A stretch of 64,000 bases of DNA from Thalassobaculaceae bacterium (GTDB taxonomy: Bacteria; Pseudomonadota; Alphaproteobacteria; Thalassobaculales; Thalassobaculaceae), in contig JARGOG010000024.1 in NCBI GenBank assembly GCA_029212785.1, positions 41 to 64,040 of the forward strand. Direction: 5' to 3'. Both the position numbers and the translations under genes were made by a program. The stretch's first letter is position 1, and each line of letters begins with the position of its first letter. Of this stretch, positions 27,109 to 36,037 are shown piece by piece. The notes below the pieces were generated by a model. The model saw nothing but the letters and a program-made list of their open reading frames with translations, had not been told where the DNA came from and did not search any database.

Positions 27109-28071
27109 TCAGAACCACCATTCGTCGGAGAAGTCCGTCCGGTTGATGTCGACCACCACATATTGGGCGTAACGGGTGTAGAATTCCGCGGAATCGAACC
27201 GCACCTCCGTACCCGTCTGAGTCACCGAAACCGGCGTGAACCCCACATCGATGCGATCGCCTTCCTCCGGATTGAAATCGGCGAAGGTGATGTTGTGCGG
27301 GTACCGCCACGGCGTCGACGCCAGAGTGTCGGCCCCGGAGCCGCCGACGACCGTCACGTTCGTCACGCCATTGGCCTGGTCGTCGAAAACGAAGAGGTCA
27401 TCACCACGGTTGCCGTAGAAAACGCTGTTGGACGGGCTAAAGTCGGAGTCGACATCGATCGTATCGTTGTCCTGCCCCCCAAAGACCGTGCTCTCACCGC
27501 CTCCGACGACGATGGAGTCGGCGCCGTGGTTACCGTAGATCAGGTCGTTTCCGTTGCCCCCGAAGATCGTGTCGACCCCCTGCCGCAGGACCCCGTCGGC
27601 ACCGGCGGGGCCGTCGTTCTGCCCGCCATAGATCGTATCGTTGCCGGCGCCGCCGTTCAGCAGGTCGAGCCCCTGATTGCCGTAGATCACGTCGTCGCTG
27701 GAGCCACCGGTGAGCGTGTCACCGCCCTCAAAGCCGCGAAGCCGGGCCGTGTTCCGGGATGTCACCCAGTTCAGCGACAGGCTGTCATCGCTCGACGCCC
27801 CCTGGGCGTAGTAAGTGCCGAACGGAAGCCGGCCCTCCGCCGAACCGAATTGGATGTAATGCTCCCAGCCGGTGGCGAATTCGCCCCGCGCAACCGCCGC
27901 GGCCACATCGGAATGGCTCTCAAGATAGAGGCTCTCGGTGTACTGCCGGGCGCTACGCCCCTCGTAGAGGCCGCTGCTGAGCCAATGGGAATAGGCATCC
28001 ACCCCGGCCTGGGCCACGTCGAGGTTATAGGCGAGATACCAGTCCTCATCGAACTCGGTTGGCGTAGACAT
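27109..28071 (-). CDS. Calcium-binding RTX-repeat protein (RTX-1), putative T1SS substrate
   Basis: Nonapeptide repeats (GGDTLTGGSSDDVIYGNQGLDLLNGGAGNDTIYGGQND...GGNGNDLIYGNHGAD). C-terminal FVF...DFNPEEGDRIDV motif. Terminus ends acidic plus hydrophobic (SDEWWF). Confidence 0.85.
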   Translation of the reverse strand: MSTPTEFDEDWYLAYNLDVAQAGVDAYSHWLSSGLYEGRSARQYTESLYLESHSDVAAAVARGEFATGWEHYIQFGSAEGRLPFGTYYAQGASSDDSLSLNWVTSRNTARLRGFEGGDTLTGGSSDDVIYGNQGLDLLNGGAGNDTIYGGQNDGPAGADGVLRQGVDTIFGGNGNDLIYGNHGADSIVVGGGESTVFGGQDNDTIDVDSDFSPSNSVFYGNRGDDLFVFDDQANGVTNVTVVGGSGADTLASTPWRYPHNITFADFNPEEGDRIDVGFTPVSVTQTGTEVRFDSAEFYTRYAQYVVVDINRTDFSDEWWF

Positions 28072-28226
28072 TTAGAAACCCCAATATTTTCCGCCCTTAC
28101 GTTGCAGTTAACGGTGCGTTAGCGAATCTTCAATACTCTGTCGGTACCGTCTCTATCGAATCTGCTCCCCTCCGGCTGGCAACGCGCTATAAGATCACCG
28201 ATGGGGTTGTTCCGGAGAGCAAGGGA

Positions 28227-28583
28227 ATGTTCGGGAAAGCCAAGACCAAACAGGGATCTGCAGCGGGCAAGACGGCCGGTAAATCGGACGTCAAGCTCGG
28301 CAGCGCCATTTTCGGCGAAGAGGAACTCGAGGTCCGCGAGTTGCACATCAAGGGCATTCGTATCCCGAATCCCGGTGAAGGCAACATCATCGCGGGCCAG
28401 AAATTCCATTTCCTTCTGAAGCTGGGCGAAGGTGAAAACGCGCCGGTGATCAAGATCGAAGCCCATGCGCTCGCCGCCTCCGAGAAGGAGGTGATCGGCA
28501 AATTCTCTGACATGGACGATGACGAAAAGCGCCTGATCGCCCTGCACATGAAAGCGCTGCGTCAGTCAGGCGCCGTCGTTTGA
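28227..28583 (+). CDS. Hypothetical 118-aa protein
   Basis: ATG start, coding-like codon pattern, Lys-rich N-terminus (MFGKAKTKQGSAAGKTAGKSDVK). No family recognised. Divergent from RTX-1. Confidence 0.5.
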   Translation: MFGKAKTKQGSAAGKTAGKSDVKLGSAIFGEEELEVRELHIKGIRIPNPGEGNIIAGQKFHFLLKLGEGENAPVIKIEAHALAASEKEVIGKFSDMDDDEKRLIALHMKALRQSGAVV

Positions 28584-28591
28584 CCTGCCGC

Positions 28592-30148
28592 TCAGAAGTC
28601 GGTCGCCACGCCCCCTTCTGATATCCGACGGTCGACGAAGGCATCCAGTTCCTCGCGGATTCCCGGATCCATTGCCGGAGCCTCGTACTCGGCCAGCAGG
28701 CGCTTGACCAGTCCGTTGGCGCGGGTGAGGGCGTCGGGCGATCCTGCCTCTTCCCATGTCTCGAAGTTCCGCCAGTCCGAGACCATCGGCGCGAAGAACG
28801 CCGTCCGGTAACGCTCCTGGGTATGGGAGGTACCGAAGAAATGGCCCCCCGGCCCGACCTCGCGCACGGCATCCAGGGCCAGTGACCCGTCATTCACCGT
28901 AAGCGGGTCGATGAAGGCGCCGACCATGGCGATCATGTCGGCATCCATCACCATCTTCTCGAACGACGCGGTCAACCCGCCCTCCATCCAGCCGCAACCG
29001 TGCATCAGCAGGTTCACGCCCCCGGTGAAGGCGCCCCAGAGTGAGAACGCACTCTCCCAGGCGGCCTGGGCGTCGGGGACGTTGGCGGCGTTCACGTTGG
29101 AGGAGCGATAGGGCAGATTGTAGCGCCGGGCCAGTTGGCCGCCAGCGACAGCCGCCTGCATGTATTCCGGCGTGCCGAAGGCCGGCGCCCCCGATTTCAT
29201 GTCCACATTCGACGTGAACCCGCCATAGACCACCGGCGCTCCCGGCTTCACCACCTGCGAAAAGGCGATCCCCGCCAGCGCCTCGGCATTCTGCTGAGCG
29301 AGCGCCCCGGCGATGGTGACCGGCGCCATGGCGCCCGCCAGCGTGAACGGGGTGATCACGGTCACCTGGCCGCTCTCCGCCAGCGCGATCACGCCCTCCA
29401 GCATCGGCGTATCGAAGCGCAGGGGCGAACTGGCGTTGATCACCGAAAACAGACTCGGTTCACGCAACAGGGTTCCACGATCCACCCCGCGGGCGATTCG
29501 CACGATCTCGATCCCGTCCTCGATCCGCTGCCGTCCAAGGGAATAGGCGTGGGGGATCTTGTCGGTCAGCACAACCATGTCCCGAAGCGCTTCCAGGTGG
29601 CGGATCGAGGCGTGGACATCCACCGGCTCGACCGGATAGCCACCGAGCGCATGCATGACATTCAGGGACTGGGAAAGCTTCAGCAGGTTCCGGTAATCGA
29701 CCCGGTTGCCGACCCGCCGACCGCCGTCAAGGTCGCTGACATTCGGCGCGCTGGCGACCGAGCAGATCACAATCTCCTCGCCGCCGAAGCCGACCGACCG
29801 GCCCGGTGTGCGTGAATGGACGTTGAATGCCGGTGGCGCCGTGCCGACAAGCTCCATGACCAACGCCCGATCGAAGCGAACCCGCTCGCCCTCGACGCTG
29901 GCGCCGGCCGCGACCAGCCGATCGCGGGCATCCTCCAGCAGGAAGTCGATGCCGACCTCCTCCAGGATCGTCAGCGACACCTGATGCACCGCCTCCAATG
30001 CGTCGTCGCAGAGAATTCGGGCCGGCGTCCCTCGGTGGAGCAACCGTCGCCAGGCCGGCTGCCCCAGTCGGGCGGGCGGCGATCGGCGCCCCGCGCCACG
30101 ACCTCGGCGCCCCCGTCCAGCCGTGTCTTCATCCTGCGATGCCGACAT
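28592..30148 (-). CDS. Trimethylamine methyltransferase (MttB) family protein, non-pyrrolysine type
   Basis: Trimmed to ATG 30146-30148 (MSASQDEDTAGRGRRGRGAGRR), preceded by AGGAGGG. Arg-rich N-terminus, then LSDDALEAVH-like ILCDDALEAVHQVSLTILEEVGIDF, as in MttB-superfamily proteins. 518 aa. Confidence 0.85.
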   Translation of the reverse strand: MSASQDEDTAGRGRRGRGAGRRSPPARLGQPAWRRLLHRGTPARILCDDALEAVHQVSLTILEEVGIDFLLEDARDRLVAAGASVEGERVRFDRALVMELVGTAPPAFNVHSRTPGRSVGFGGEEIVICSVASAPNVSDLDGGRRVGNRVDYRNLLKLSQSLNVMHALGGYPVEPVDVHASIRHLEALRDMVVLTDKIPHAYSLGRQRIEDGIEIVRIARGVDRGTLLREPSLFSVINASSPLRFDTPMLEGVIALAESGQVTVITPFTLAGAMAPVTIAGALAQQNAEALAGIAFSQVVKPGAPVVYGGFTSNVDMKSGAPAFGTPEYMQAAVAGGQLARRYNLPYRSSNVNAANVPDAQAAWESAFSLWGAFTGGVNLLMHGCGWMEGGLTASFEKMVMDADMIAMVGAFIDPLTVNDGSLALDAVREVGPGGHFFGTSHTQERYRTAFFAPMVSDWRNFETWEEAGSPDALTRANGLVKRLLAEYEAPAMDPGIREELDAFVDRRISEGGVATDF

Positions 30149-30282
30149 GCGCCCTCCTGTTCGTATGCGCGAACCTTGCCTTCGCCCGAAGCCCCGGTCG
30201 AGGAGAAAGCACCGAGCCGATCCCCTCTTGACTTCCAGACCCGCGGACGCCCGAGTCAGCCGGAAGAAAATGGAGCCACCCC

Positions 30283-32295
30283 ATGTCGACCACCGCCCCG
30301 AAGCCGTCTTCGAACATCGCAACACTCGCCGCCGATCTGCAGGCGGTGGGGATCTCGATCGATGCGGCGACGCTGACCGCGAAACTGGCGCGGGTCGCGG
30401 CAAGCCCACCGACCTATCCGGCCCGCGCCTGGCACCGGCTGATCGCCACCGAACTGCCCGACGCGCTGGCCGACCGGATGGACGCGGCGGCGCACGCACT
30501 TCGCCCCGCCGATGACATCTCCGACCCGTCGCGGCTGGACCGCCTACGGAAGGCGCTGAACGAGGCCGGCGTCGACGGCTTCATCCTGCCGCGCGCCGAC
30601 GAGCATATGGGCGAGTATATTCCCGCCCCGGCCGAACGCCTTTCCTGGCTGACCGGCTTCACCGGCTCCGCCGGCGTTGTGCTCGTCCTGCCCGACGTTG
30701 CCGTGATCTTCGTGGATGGACGCTACACTCTGCAGGTGGCGCAGCAGGTCGACACCGACCGATGGACAGTCGAGCATCTGGTGCGCACGCCAGCGGCCGA
30801 CTACGTGCGCAATCATCTCGCTGGGCGGCGTCTCGGGTTCGATCCGAAACTACATTCGATCAACGCGGCGAAGCGGCTGGCTGATGCCGCCGCGGCGGCG
30901 GGCGGCGCTCTGGTGGCGCTCGACGGCAATCCGATCGACGCGCTGTGGGAAAGCCGCCCGGCGCCGCCGCTCGGACCGGTGCAGGTTCTGCCCCCGCACC
31001 TCACTGGGCTCGACAGTGCCGCAAAACGCGAGCGGATCGCCGCCGAACTGGCCAAGCAGGGTGTCGACGCGACGGTGCTGAACCAACCTGAATCGATCGC
31101 CTGGCTGCTCAACCTACGGGGTGCGGACGTCCCCTACACGCCGCTGCCGCTCGCCTACGCGACCGTCGATCGGACCGGTCTGGTCGAGCTGTTCCTCGAT
31201 GAGGAGAAATGTCCGCCCGAGGTTCGGACCGCGCTCGGCAACGGCATCAATCTGCGGCCGTTCGAGGCGGTCGGCGAAGCGCTCGATACCCTGGGGGCGG
31301 AAGGCAAAACGGTTGCCGTGGATCCGGACGCCGCGACGGAATGGATGCGTGGACGCCTGGAAGCCGCCGGTGCTGTCGTAAAGCTGGACGGCGATCCGTG
31401 TATCCTGCCCCGCGCCCGTAAGAATGCGGTGGAACTTGCCGGTACCCGCGCCGCCCATACCCGCGACGCCGCAGCGATGACCCGCTTCCTGAAATGGATC
31501 GACGACACGGGCACGGCGACCACGGAGCTTGGCGCGTCCGACGCGCTGGAGGGTTTTCGCGCCGAGATCGCGGACTGGCGGGGACCGAGCTTCCCGTCGA
31601 TCTCCGGGGCCGGGCCGGACGGCGCGATCGTCCACTACCGGGTCACGAAGGAGACCGATCGACCGCTACAGGACGGCTCGCTCTATCTGATCGACAGCGG
31701 TGCTCAATACCTGGACGGCACCACCGACATCACCCGAACGATCGCCATCGGCACTCCCAGTCAGGAGATGCGGGAGCGCTTCACCCTGGTGCTGAAGGGC
31801 CATATCGCTATCGCCACCGCGCGCTTCCCCGTCGGCACCACCGGCGGACAGATCGACGCGCTGGCGCGGCAGTACCTCTGGAAGGCCGGCTTGGACTTCG
31901 ATCACGGCACCGGTCACGGGGTTGGCGTTTTCCTTGGTGTCCACGAAGGGCCGCAGCGGATCTCCAGCGCCGGCCGGGTGCCGATCGAAGCGAGCATGAT
32001 CCTCTCCAACGAGCCCGGCTACTACAAGCCGGGCGGGTACGGTATCCGCATCGAGAACCTGCTGATCGCCGTGGAGGCGCCGCCACAGGAGGACAATGGC
32101 CGCGCCATGCTGTCCTTCGAGACCATTACCTTCGCGCCAATTGATCTGCGCCTGGTCGAGCCGGCCCTGATGACGACGGACGAGATCGCCTGGCTCGACG
32201 GCTATCACCGCGACGTACGCGCCAGGGTTTCCCCGGCGCTCGACGGCGCACACAGGGCCTGGCTGGAGCAGGCGACAGCGCCGCTCGCCGGATAG
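30283..32295 (+). CDS. pepP: Xaa-Pro aminopeptidase (M24B, aminopeptidase P)
   Basis: M24 motifs HGTGHGVGVFLGVHEGP, NEPGYY and GIRIENL. ATG 30283 has GGAG 7 nt upstream and the extension looks coding. Alternative shorter start at 30478 (MDAAAHAL) would give ~605 aa. Confidence 0.9.
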   Translation: MSTTAPKPSSNIATLAADLQAVGISIDAATLTAKLARVAASPPTYPARAWHRLIATELPDALADRMDAAAHALRPADDISDPSRLDRLRKALNEAGVDGFILPRADEHMGEYIPAPAERLSWLTGFTGSAGVVLVLPDVAVIFVDGRYTLQVAQQVDTDRWTVEHLVRTPAADYVRNHLAGRRLGFDPKLHSINAAKRLADAAAAAGGALVALDGNPIDALWESRPAPPLGPVQVLPPHLTGLDSAAKRERIAAELAKQGVDATVLNQPESIAWLLNLRGADVPYTPLPLAYATVDRTGLVELFLDEEKCPPEVRTALGNGINLRPFEAVGEALDTLGAEGKTVAVDPDAATEWMRGRLEAAGAVVKLDGDPCILPRARKNAVELAGTRAAHTRDAAAMTRFLKWIDDTGTATTELGASDALEGFRAEIADWRGPSFPSISGAGPDGAIVHYRVTKETDRPLQDGSLYLIDSGAQYLDGTTDITRTIAIGTPSQEMRERFTLVLKGHIAIATARFPVGTTGGQIDALARQYLWKAGLDFDHGTGHGVGVFLGVHEGPQRISSAGRVPIEASMILSNEPGYYKPGGYGIRIENLLIAVEAPPQEDNGRAMLSFETITFAPIDLRLVEPALMTTDEIAWLDGYHRDVRARVSPALDGAHRAWLEQATAPLAG

Positions 32296-32298
32296 GGG

Positions 32299-32790
32299 TC
32301 AGTCCTTGCGCCGGTCGCGCTTGCTGCCGATCGGCACGTCCTGGCGGCGTCGGTCCGGGCCGACATAGGACTGGTTCATGATGAACTCGCGTCGGTCGCT
32401 CAACACGATGTCGATGCGTTTGCGCAAGGCCGCCAGGGTAATCGGCTTGGCCATCAGCAGATTCACCCCGGCATCCCGCGCCGCCCGCACCGAGCTCCGG
32501 TCGGCACTGCCGGTGACGAGGATGACCGGCACGTAGGGATTGGCGGACTCAACGTCGGTGCGAACATGGCGCACGAAGGTCACGCCATCCATCGGCACCA
32601 TGACCATGTCGCAGATGATCACGTCGGCCGAATAGCTGCGCATCACCCGCAACGCCGATTCGCCGTCCACTGCTTCCTTGATCTGATTGATGCCGATCTC
32701 TTCCAGGAAGGCGGCAGTCAGCAATCTGCTGGCCGGGTCATCCTCGACGATCAGAACCTTCAGCTCGCCATACTCGTCCTGCTGGGACAT
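32299..32790 (-). CDS. Single-domain response regulator (CheY-like receiver with basic C-terminal tail)
   Basis: LKVLIVEDDP...ADVIICDMVMVPMDG...LVTGS...LMAKP receiver pattern. Tail: YVGPDRRRQDVPIGSKRDRRKD. Confidence 0.9.
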   Translation of the reverse strand: MSQQDEYGELKVLIVEDDPASRLLTAAFLEEIGINQIKEAVDGESALRVMRSYSADVIICDMVMVPMDGVTFVRHVRTDVESANPYVPVILVTGSADRSSVRAARDAGVNLLMAKPITLAALRKRIDIVLSDRREFIMNQSYVGPDRRRQDVPIGSKRDRRKD

Positions 32791-32806
32791 CCGATACTCT
32801 CCACCC

Positions 32807-35800
32807 TCAATCCTTGGCCGCCGCCTCGAACTCGGCGATCACGGCCGGAGCCTCTTCCCGGGTCGCGTCGACCGCCGCCCGCAGGTCGGGCAAATGCGCC
32901 GTCACCGCCGCAATCCCTCCCTCGGCCCGCTGAAGACGGACCGCCGTCTTCTCCAATAGGACAGCGCCGAAATTGGCAGCCAGTCCTTTGATCGTATGGG
33001 CGATTCGCCCGACCGCCTCAAGGTCGCCCTGATCGACGGCCGCCTCGAGCAACGCGATCTGACGGGCCGCCTCCTGGGGCACCAGAGCGATCATCTCAAC
33101 GGCTCTGGCCGGCGGCAGAGTGCCCACCGCCGCCCGGACGCGGGCACGATCGAAAACCAACGCAACCGGGGGCGCCCTCTCGGCGCCAACAGCGCCCTCC
33201 CGCGGGGCCGTAGCACGGCTCTTGCCCGACGCCCAGAGGATCGTTCGGTTGAGCGCTTCCCAGTCGACCGGCTTCAACAGCACGTCGTCCAGTCCGGCAT
33301 CAAGATAAGTGGCCCGATGTTCGGGAACCGCGTCGGCCGTCAACGCGATGATCGGCATCTCGGCCTTCTCACCCCCCATCGCCCTGATCTCCGCCGTCGC
33401 GTCCGTACCGTCCATCACCGGCATCTGCATATCCATCAGAACCAGGTCGTAGGTACGGCGGCGGACCGCCTTCACAGCCTCCGCGCCGTCCGGCACTTCA
33501 TCGATGCGGTGACCGGCCTTGGCCAGCATGCGGGAGACCAGCATCCGGTTCACGTCGTTGTCTTCGGCCAGGAGAATGTGGATCGGCCGGGCCGGTTCCC
33601 CCGGGACGGCGTCGGCGGGCTCGATCTCCGGGGCGGCGGTTGGATGCATGACGACACAGAACGTGAAGGTCGCGCCGGCGCCGGGCGCGCTGTCGACCTT
33701 GATCCAACCCTCCATGCCCTCGACCAGCCGCTTGCAGATCGACAGGCCGAGGCCGGTACCGCCGAACCGGCGCGACGTGTTCGCCGGCCCCTGCTCGAAC
33801 GCGGCGAAGAGCTGTCCCTGAACGTCGTCGGGGATGCCGATGCCCGAATCCGTCACCGAGCCGACGATCTCGACCCGCTCATCCTGGCTCTCGCCGACGG
33901 AGAGCGATACCGACACAGATCCTTCGTTGGTGAACTTCAGACCGTTGGACACGAGGTTCGACAGGATCTGTTTGAGGCGCAGAGGATCGCCGAGCAACCA
34001 GCCTGGAACCGCATCATCCGCCCCTCCCAGAAGCTCAAGTCCTTTTGACGCGGCGGAGATCTGGAACAGCCGCATCACATCGTCGAGAACGCTGCGCGGC
34101 GAGAATGGGATTTCCTCGAGCTGGACCTTGCCCGCCTCGAGCTTCGAGTAATCGAGGATGTCGTTCAGCAACGCCAGCAAGGTGTCGGCGGAATCCCTCA
34201 TGATGTCGATGAAACCGCTCTGGTCGGCATCGAGATCGGTGCGGGACAGCAGTTCGATCATCCCCAGCAGGCCGGTCATCGGCGTGCGCAGTTCGTGACT
34301 CATCATCGCCAGGAAACGGGATTTGGCGGCGCCTCCCTCCTCGGCGCGGCGGCGTGCCTCGTCGATCTCGTCGGCGAGCTTTCTGAGCGACTGGGTCTGT
34401 TCGGCCAGCGTGTCCCTCGCCGATCGCAGGGCTTCCTCCGCCTGTATCCGCTCGGTGATGTCGGAGCGCATGCCGACCACCCCGCCCTCGCGCGTCCGGT
34501 TCTCGCTGACGAGGTAGGTCCGGCCATCCGACAGGAGCTGCTCGACGGACGTCTCCGGGGGGTTCAGATGCTGATGGATACGCCTGGATATCCACTCTTC
34601 CTCGCGGCCCACCGCCTCGGGAAAATGGCCATGGGCGATCGAGTATCTGACCAGCCGCTCGAAGGTCCAGGCCTCGTCGATCGCCTCCTGGGGCAGGTCG
34701 TAGAGTTCCTTGTATTTTGCGTTCGACAGGATCAGGCGGTCTTCACTGTCGAACAGGGCGAAGCCTTCCGACATCGTCTCGATGGCTTCGACCAGCCGGT
34801 TCTGGGTCGTCGCCACCAATTCTTGTGCCCGGCGCTCGGACGTGACGTCGCGCCACATCGAGAGATAGCCGCCATTCCACATCGGCCGGCCAATCACCCA
34901 GAAGACGTCGGACCCTTCGCGCCGCCATTCGAACTGCACGGATTCCCGCCCGCGGATGGCCCGGAACATCCGTTTGATACCGACATCCGTCGACGGCAGA
35001 CGGCGGATCGCATCCTTTGCCACCCCAACCAGCGACCGACCCGGCTTCAGATCGTCGGCGGAGAGTTTGACCAGCGACTCGAACGCCCGGTTCCAGGCGA
35101 CGAGGTGGTTATCCCGGTCGAAGGCGATCAGCGGGTTCGGCATGGTGTCGAGGATGGCCTGCAGCACCGTGGAGGTGGCGGCGAGCGAGAGTTCCGCCTG
35201 CTTGCGCCGGGTGATGTCGACCCGTGTCGTGATCGTCAGACCGGTCTTGCTGTAGTTCTCCTTGACCATGTACCAGCTCCCGTCAGGGACCTGGCGTTCC
35301 GGGATCGGCGACTGGTCGCGGCGTGCTTCGAGCCGGCGCTGGACGTAGTCGTCCCGCTCGCCCTCCGTCATCGAGGGGTCCCGCGCCAGGCTGTAGCGGA
35401 GCAGGTCCTCGAAATCGTGGCCGACGATGTCATCGCGCTCACGCAGGAACGGATACATCTCGAAGAACCGCCGATTGCCGAAGACGAACCTGTCGTCGCT
35501 ATCATAGATCGACAGCGCCTCGTCCATGGTATCGACCGCTTCCCGCAGGACCTCGGCAACCCGCGGATTTGCTTCAGCCTCGGTTTCGCCGGGGTACATG
35601 ACGACCCAGTGCGCGCCGATGACCGCACCGTCGTCGGCGCGGGTAGGCCGGCACCAGATCGGCACGCGGCCATCATCGAGGAAAATCCGGCCGGCCTCGC
35701 CCTTGAGCGCAGCGTCGAACGCCCGTCGGACGTCAGCAGAGCCGGCGAATGTGTCGATCGAGACACTCTCGGCGCGGTGGCCAGAAAGATCAAAAGTCAG

Positions 35801-35908
35801 TTCGGCCGCCGGATTCCATGAGATCGCTATACCGCTTCGGTCAAAAGCGACGATCGCCTGATTCAATCCCCGGACAATCCCGGTCAAATGGTCGGCAGGT
35901 CCTGTCAT
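32807..35908 (-). CDS. Hybrid sensor histidine kinase (multiple PAS, HisKA, HATPase, receiver, Hpt)
   Basis: H-box FLAMMSHELRTPMTG, G2 box GTGLGLSICKRLVE, receiver ILLAEDNDVNRML...DLVLMDMQMPVMDG, Hpt HTIKGLAANFGA. The N-terminal ~500 aa contains repeated PAS-like units. Confidence 0.9.
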   Translation of the reverse strand: MTGPADHLTGIVRGLNQAIVAFDRSGIAISWNPAAELTFDLSGHRAESVSIDTFAGSADVRRAFDAALKGEAGRIFLDDGRVPIWCRPTRADDGAVIGAHWVVMYPGETEAEANPRVAEVLREAVDTMDEALSIYDSDDRFVFGNRRFFEMYPFLRERDDIVGHDFEDLLRYSLARDPSMTEGERDDYVQRRLEARRDQSPIPERQVPDGSWYMVKENYSKTGLTITTRVDITRRKQAELSLAATSTVLQAILDTMPNPLIAFDRDNHLVAWNRAFESLVKLSADDLKPGRSLVGVAKDAIRRLPSTDVGIKRMFRAIRGRESVQFEWRREGSDVFWVIGRPMWNGGYLSMWRDVTSERRAQELVATTQNRLVEAIETMSEGFALFDSEDRLILSNAKYKELYDLPQEAIDEAWTFERLVRYSIAHGHFPEAVGREEEWISRRIHQHLNPPETSVEQLLSDGRTYLVSENRTREGGVVGMRSDITERIQAEEALRSARDTLAEQTQSLRKLADEIDEARRRAEEGGAAKSRFLAMMSHELRTPMTGLLGMIELLSRTDLDADQSGFIDIMRDSADTLLALLNDILDYSKLEAGKVQLEEIPFSPRSVLDDVMRLFQISAASKGLELLGGADDAVPGWLLGDPLRLKQILSNLVSNGLKFTNEGSVSVSLSVGESQDERVEIVGSVTDSGIGIPDDVQGQLFAAFEQGPANTSRRFGGTGLGLSICKRLVEGMEGWIKVDSAPGAGATFTFCVVMHPTAAPEIEPADAVPGEPARPIHILLAEDNDVNRMLVSRMLAKAGHRIDEVPDGAEAVKAVRRRTYDLVLMDMQMPVMDGTDATAEIRAMGGEKAEMPIIALTADAVPEHRATYLDAGLDDVLLKPVDWEALNRTILWASGKSRATAPREGAVGAERAPPVALVFDRARVRAAVGTLPPARAVEMIALVPQEAARQIALLEAAVDQGDLEAVGRIAHTIKGLAANFGAVLLEKTAVRLQRAEGGIAAVTAHLPDLRAAVDATREEAPAVIAEFEAAAKD

Positions 35909-36037
35909 GCCCCCGCACTGGAATACTACTCGGCAGCCCGAGAAGCTGTCTCCCCGGACCGCCAGTCTAGAGCATTTTCCGTCCGCGCGGAGTCGTCGAG
36001 ATGAGTGATGTCAGAGCATCCACTCAGACATGCACGC

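Noticed and set aside
27400-27760. Repetitive DNA inside the RTX genes (also 36250..36760), considered as a possible CRISPR or tandem-repeat array.
   Set aside because: The periodicity is the 27-nt nonapeptide coding repeat (GGxGxDxUx) within intact ORFs. There are no spacer-like unique segments and no flanking cas genes.
24135-28071. Interpretation as a classical hlyCABD-type toxin operon.
   Set aside because: The acyltransferase is not adjacent to a large pore-forming RTX toxin or to the T1SS genes. The nearby RTX protein is small and lysine-free, so the canonical model does not fit. It is kept only as an orphan-acyltransferase observation.
30149-30499. 117-codon N-terminal extension of the MttB-family ORF.
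   Set aside because: The Arg/Pro/Ser-rich extension lacks similarity to the family. ATG 30148 has an AGGAGGG ribosome-binding site and yields the typical ~518-aa length with the family's Arg-rich N-terminus.
34295-35821. 508-aa plus-strand ORF inside the histidine kinase gene.
   Set aside because: It runs antisense to a kinase with unambiguous PAS/HisKA/HATPase motifs. Its composition is R/D/G/H/P-dominated and it has no motifs.
35982-35991. 10-nt palindrome tccgcgcgga downstream of RTX-2, considered as a terminator.
   Set aside because: It has no loop, the stem is too short, and no T-tract follows. This is not sufficient to call a terminator.
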